This document shows, in pieces, positions 60,759-64,000 of a stretch of DNA of 64,000 nt (position 1 is the first letter of the stretch; every line of letters starts with the position of its first letter). The stretch covers positions 329,958-393,957 of the forward strand of contig CBDAQR010000003.1 of NCBI GenBank assembly GCA_965199055.1, in the 5' to 3' direction. Origin of the DNA: Halieaceae bacterium. Its GTDB lineage: Bacteria > Pseudomonadota > Gammaproteobacteria > Pseudomonadales > Halieaceae. A program made the translations under genes and the position numbers. The notes under the pieces were generated by a model. It did no database searches, had not been told where the DNA came from, and saw nothing but the letters and a program-made list of their open reading frames with translations.

Positions 60759-62188
60759 GCGGCTGCCACCGTATCTTGTAAGAGCTGCCAGAGCTGCTCG
60801 ACGTGTGCTCGCGTTGTGTTCTCCACACCGATAGACACACGCACCATCCAGCGACCGTCCAGTACCGATGGCGACATAAATGCCGCACCCGATTGATTAA
60901 TACGCTCTACCCAGCCCAGTGTGTGCGCATCCAGTGCCTCCCCTTCCAGCGGCGAACCATCTGCATCAACGGGCACGTGCCGAACACACACGGTTTGCAA
61001 TTCCACCGGTGCCACCACCTGCCAGTTCTCCGCCGCCTCCACCTGCTCACGCAACCATTGAGCGTTGGCGAGGTCACGTCGCAATCGTTCTCGTATTGAC
61101 TCGGGTCCGTCGAGGCGCAGGTGAAACCAAAGTTTTAGTGCCCGAAACCGACGGCCCAAGGGAATGCCCCAGTCGCGATACTGGGTCACTTCGCCATCGG
61201 CGGTGGAGCGCAGGTAGGCGGGGTTGGTCGACATGATCCGCTCCAGAAACTCGACATCACGAACATAGAACAATGCGGTATCGAGAATGGTGCCCATCCA
61301 CTTATGAGGATTCCAGGCCACCGAATCCGCCTGCTCGACCCCTTGCCAGAGGTGTCGACATTCGGGCAACAGCATGGCCGAACCCGCCATCGCGGCATCA
61401 ACATGCAGCCAAATGCCATGTCGATTGGCGATATCGGCGATCGCCTGCACCGGGTCCATGGCCGTGGTACCCGTCGCACCCACGGAACATACAATACAGG
61501 CCGGAATACGGCCCGCGTCCATGTCCTCTGCGATTGCGCGCTCCAAAGCCGCAGGCAGCATCGCCCAGGTGTAAGGGTCTTCTTCAATGAAGCGCAGATT
61601 GTCATTGCCAAAACCGGCTAACTGCACCGCCTTCGCAATCGAGGAGTGCGCCTGGCTGGTGCTGTAGACCACCATGGGAGCGGACACCGATTGCAATCCG
61701 CCCGCATTCTTACTGATATTGCCTGCGCGTTCCCGCGCCAGAATCACCGCCGTCACACAGGCGGTGGAAGCCGTGTCGTGAATGGTGCCGGACCACGCCT
61801 CGCTCTAGCCGGTTAGCTGACGCAACCAGTCGCATACGACCTCTTCCACCTCTGTCAGCGAGGGGCAACTCTCCCAGGAGATGCCCAGCGTGCCCATACC
61901 GGAGCTGGCGATATCGCCCAACACGGAAGCCAGCGAAGCATTAGATGGAAACCAACCATAATGCATAGGATGCTGGACCTGCGTCACACCCGGCACCACC
62001 AAGGCATCCAGGTCTCGCATTACAGCCTCGAAGGATTCCGCCTCGGCCGGGGGTGCTGCCGGCAGTGACTGGCGAACCTGGCCGGGCGCAACCTGGGCGC
62101 GCACGGGTAATTGTTCGATTCGCTGCCGGTAATCTGCGATCCAGTCGATCAACTCGTGACCCGCGCGGCGAAATTCTTCTGGCGTCAT
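60755..62188 (-). pseudogene. group II PLP-dependent (aromatic-L-amino-acid-type) decarboxylase interrupted by one in-frame TAG (61805-61807)
   Basis: ORFs 61805-62188 and 60755-61756 share a frame. The read-through translation ...VCDWLRQLTG*SEAWSGTIHDTASTACVTAVILARE... is colinear with the family. The PLP-lysine motif NPHKW is present downstream. Confidence 0.7.
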
Positions 62189-62241
62189 AGTGGGCTACTC
62201 CATCAATGAGCGCTGAGTATATACGCCACGCAGCAACGCAG

Positions 62242-62257
62242 GCGACAGCGCTGTCGC
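62242..62257. promoter_or_regulatory. perfect 16-bp palindrome GCGACAGCGCTGTCGC in a divergent intergenic region
   Basis: It equals its own reverse complement. It lies between the decarboxylase start (62188) and the SDR start (62315). Confidence 0.35.
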
Positions 62258-62314
62258 AAACGCGCCGCATCCACTAGGATTAGCGCTGCACTCAATCCAA
62301 CAAGGAACTCCTCC

Positions 62315-63094
62315 ATGCTCGATCAACTGTTCTCGATGAAAGACAAAGTCTGTGTTGTCACCGGCGGCTCTCGCGGGCTCGGCTTTTATATGGCCAAAGG
62401 CTTTCTCGCGGCAGGCGCCGCTCGCGTCTATATCACGGCTCGTAAGGCTGATGCCTGCGATGCCGCCGCCGAGGAACTGTCTGAGTGGGGCGAGGCCATT
62501 TCGATTCCCGGTGACATCAGCACCATGGACGAAGTGCAGTCGTTGGCCAATACCCTGAAAGAGCGCGAGGACAGTATCGATGTTCTAGTAAATAACGCCG
62601 GCCGCGGCTGGCTGGAGAGCTTCGAGAATTTTCCGGAAATGGGCTGGGACAAGGTGATGGACCTCAATGTTAAATCGCCCTTCTTCCTGACGCGCGAACT
62701 CGCACCGCTGTTAGCCGCCGGTGCCACGCCCGACAACACCGCCAGTGTGATCAATATCGGCTCGATAGCCGGTATTTGCGGCGCCACCGATACACTTAGC
62801 TACGCTCCCAGCAAATCGGCCATACACCAGGTGACACGCAACCTGTCAGTGATCCTGGCCGAGCAAAACATTCGTGTGAACGCCATCGCCCCTGGCCGCT
62901 TCTTCACCGCCATGACTGAATATGCCAGCCAGGACAAAGACGCCTATGAGGCGGAGATTCGCTATATACCCCTGCATCGCTGGGGCGAAGAAAAAGATAT
63001 CACTGGCGTGGCCCTACTGCTGGCCAGCCAAGCGGGTGGATTTATCACCGGGCAGATTATCCCGGTTGACGGAGGTACGTCGGTCGTCCGCTAA
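62315..63094 (+). CDS. SDR-family oxidoreductase
   Basis: It has the TGGSRGLG cofactor motif, NNAG, and the catalytic Y-x3-K (YAPSKSA). Confidence 0.9.
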   Translation: MLDQLFSMKDKVCVVTGGSRGLGFYMAKGFLAAGAARVYITARKADACDAAAEELSEWGEAISIPGDISTMDEVQSLANTLKEREDSIDVLVNNAGRGWLESFENFPEMGWDKVMDLNVKSPFFLTRELAPLLAAGATPDNTASVINIGSIAGICGATDTLSYAPSKSAIHQVTRNLSVILAEQNIRVNAIAPGRFFTAMTEYASQDKDAYEAEIRYIPLHRWGEEKDITGVALLLASQAGGFITGQIIPVDGGTSVVR

Positions 63095-63110
63095 CAGCTG
63101 GGTGGCGTCT

Positions 63111-63845
63111 TCATACCCGGTCGACGACCGGCTTGCCATGTTTAAAATAAACGAAAGGTCCTTTATCCCCCGGTGCGTGACCCTCTCGTACCCTGCGCTC
63201 AACCTCCGCCAACACCATGCGGGTGATATTGGGCAACTCGAGCTTGAGCGCATTCTTGAGCGTTACCCAGTGTATTTCGAGTAACTCACCGGAGCCTCCC
63301 AAATCCTCGTGCACATCGCCTTGAATCAAATCTGCTTCGGCCATGAAAAAGCGCGCGTCGAAACGGCGACTGCGATAGGGTGGAGTAATGGCTCGCGCCA
63401 CCAGGTGGAGCGTGTCCAGCCGCGGATTAATATCGAACTTCAAGAATTCGCGCCAATGCGCTGAGCGCGTTTTCAAAGTGGGCGTATCCGGCTCACCCAA
63501 TAACAAGCCGGTCTCCTCGAAGGTTTCTCGAATGGCTGCCATGGCCAGTGCGCGCGCCTTGCGCTCGCTACAGCCCTGAGTGAGCCGCTTCATCACCGCT
63601 GGGTGCAAATCATAGGGGGGCGTGAGTCTGCCATCTCCGGCATCAACACGACCACCGGGAAAGACAAACTTGTTCGGCATGAACTTGTGTCCCGCCGAGC
63701 GCTTGCCCATTAGAATGCGCGGCGAGCGCCCATCGCGGCGCACCACGATCAGCGTGGCCGCGTCCTTCGGTCGCACCGCCCGGCCAGAAGACCGTATTTC
63801 TTGTCCGGAGATATATTTGGGGTCGTAGGCAGGCTTATCCGCCAC
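63111..63845 (-). CDS. NUDIX hydrolase
   Basis: It has a Nudix box GGRVD...AAIRETFEETGL and is 244 aa. Confidence 0.85.
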   Translation of the reverse strand: MADKPAYDPKYISGQEIRSSGRAVRPKDAATLIVVRRDGRSPRILMGKRSAGHKFMPNKFVFPGGRVDAGDGRLTPPYDLHPAVMKRLTQGCSERKARALAMAAIRETFEETGLLLGEPDTPTLKTRSAHWREFLKFDINPRLDTLHLVARAITPPYRSRRFDARFFMAEADLIQGDVHEDLGGSGELLEIHWVTLKNALKLELPNITRMVLAEVERRVREGHAPGDKGPFVYFKHGKPVVDRV

Positions 63846-63847
63846 TG

Positions 63848-64000
63848 CTAGCTCCGCGCATTAAGGCGTGCGACTGCCCGCTCGGCACCGTCGAGCGAGC
63901 CATTAATCATTGCAACCAAGCCCTCCAGATCGACACCCTCGGTGCTCTTCTGCCCCGCCATATAACGCGCATAGACTCCGTGCACAATGCAGGCCGATTT
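63848..64000 (-). CDS. 3' end of an unidentified gene (only the C-terminal 50 codons are in the window)
   Basis: The open frame from the window edge reads KSACIVHGVYARYMAGQKSTEGVDLEGLVAMINGSLDGAERAVARLNARS and ends at the TAG at 63848-63850. There is too little sequence to name it. Confidence 0.4.
   Translation of the reverse strand, partial: KSACIVHGVYARYMAGQKSTEGVDLEGLVAMINGSLDGAERAVARLNARS

Noticed and set aside
1-64000. I looked for mobile elements, prophage, defence islands and RNA genes across the window.
   Set aside because: I found no integrase, transposase or recombinase-like translation, no long terminal repeats, no tRNA-like cloverleaf candidates in the spacers (all are under 280 bp) and no rRNA-like stretches. 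The only nucleic-acid-related gene is a housekeeping-type SRAP peptidase.

Overview
This is a 64 kb, high-GC, gene-dense chromosomal segment. Gene content looks like a marine gammaproteobacterium (Cellvibrionales/Halieaceae-like), but that placement is a low-confidence guess from content alone. I call about 56 protein-coding genes. I found no rRNA, tRNA, CRISPR array, integrase, transposase or recognisable defence system.

Ordinary content:
- dapA, partial at the left edge.
- A four-gene Mla/Pqi-type lipid ABC transporter.
- Three TonB-dependent receptors, one interrupted by an in-frame stop.
- An SRAP peptidase.
- Two fatty-acyl/branched-acyl-CoA degradation clusters.
- A receptor + glycosyl hydrolase + esterase + TetR locus.
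- An aromatic (hydroquinone-type) degradation operon with an embedded sulfatase.
- Assorted hydrolases, transporters and regulators.

Most interesting: a tightly packed seven-gene minus-strand operon at 16322-21933. A lipoprotein Gcd-type PQQ dehydrogenase is followed by three exported proteins (A, B, C), two paralogous membrane proteins (D, E) and an unannotated 45-aa TM peptide. I cannot place any of these six in a characterised family. The A-B-C triad recurs as a diverged paralogous copy at 55141-57545, next to a second PQQ enzyme, a quinohemoprotein with an N-terminal cytochrome c domain. Both C proteins are predicted to mature to an N-terminal His-His, which suggests a histidine-brace metal site.

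Other points:
- Two genes are interrupted by in-frame stop codons without any frameshift: TAA in a TonB receptor and TAG in a PLP decarboxylase.
- A 27-bp tandem duplication re-encodes the C2 C-terminus plus its stop, with only synonymous differences.
- There are several unusual periplasmic metal/redox proteins: a PCu(A)C fusion paired with a DUF3604-like protein, a redoxin/cytochrome c/DBH-like/EF-hand lipoprotein, and a cytochrome c-prime/HupE-UreJ trio.
- There are several clean repeat or palindrome candidates for operators.

All functional calls come from reading the translations and motifs by eye. No searches were run.
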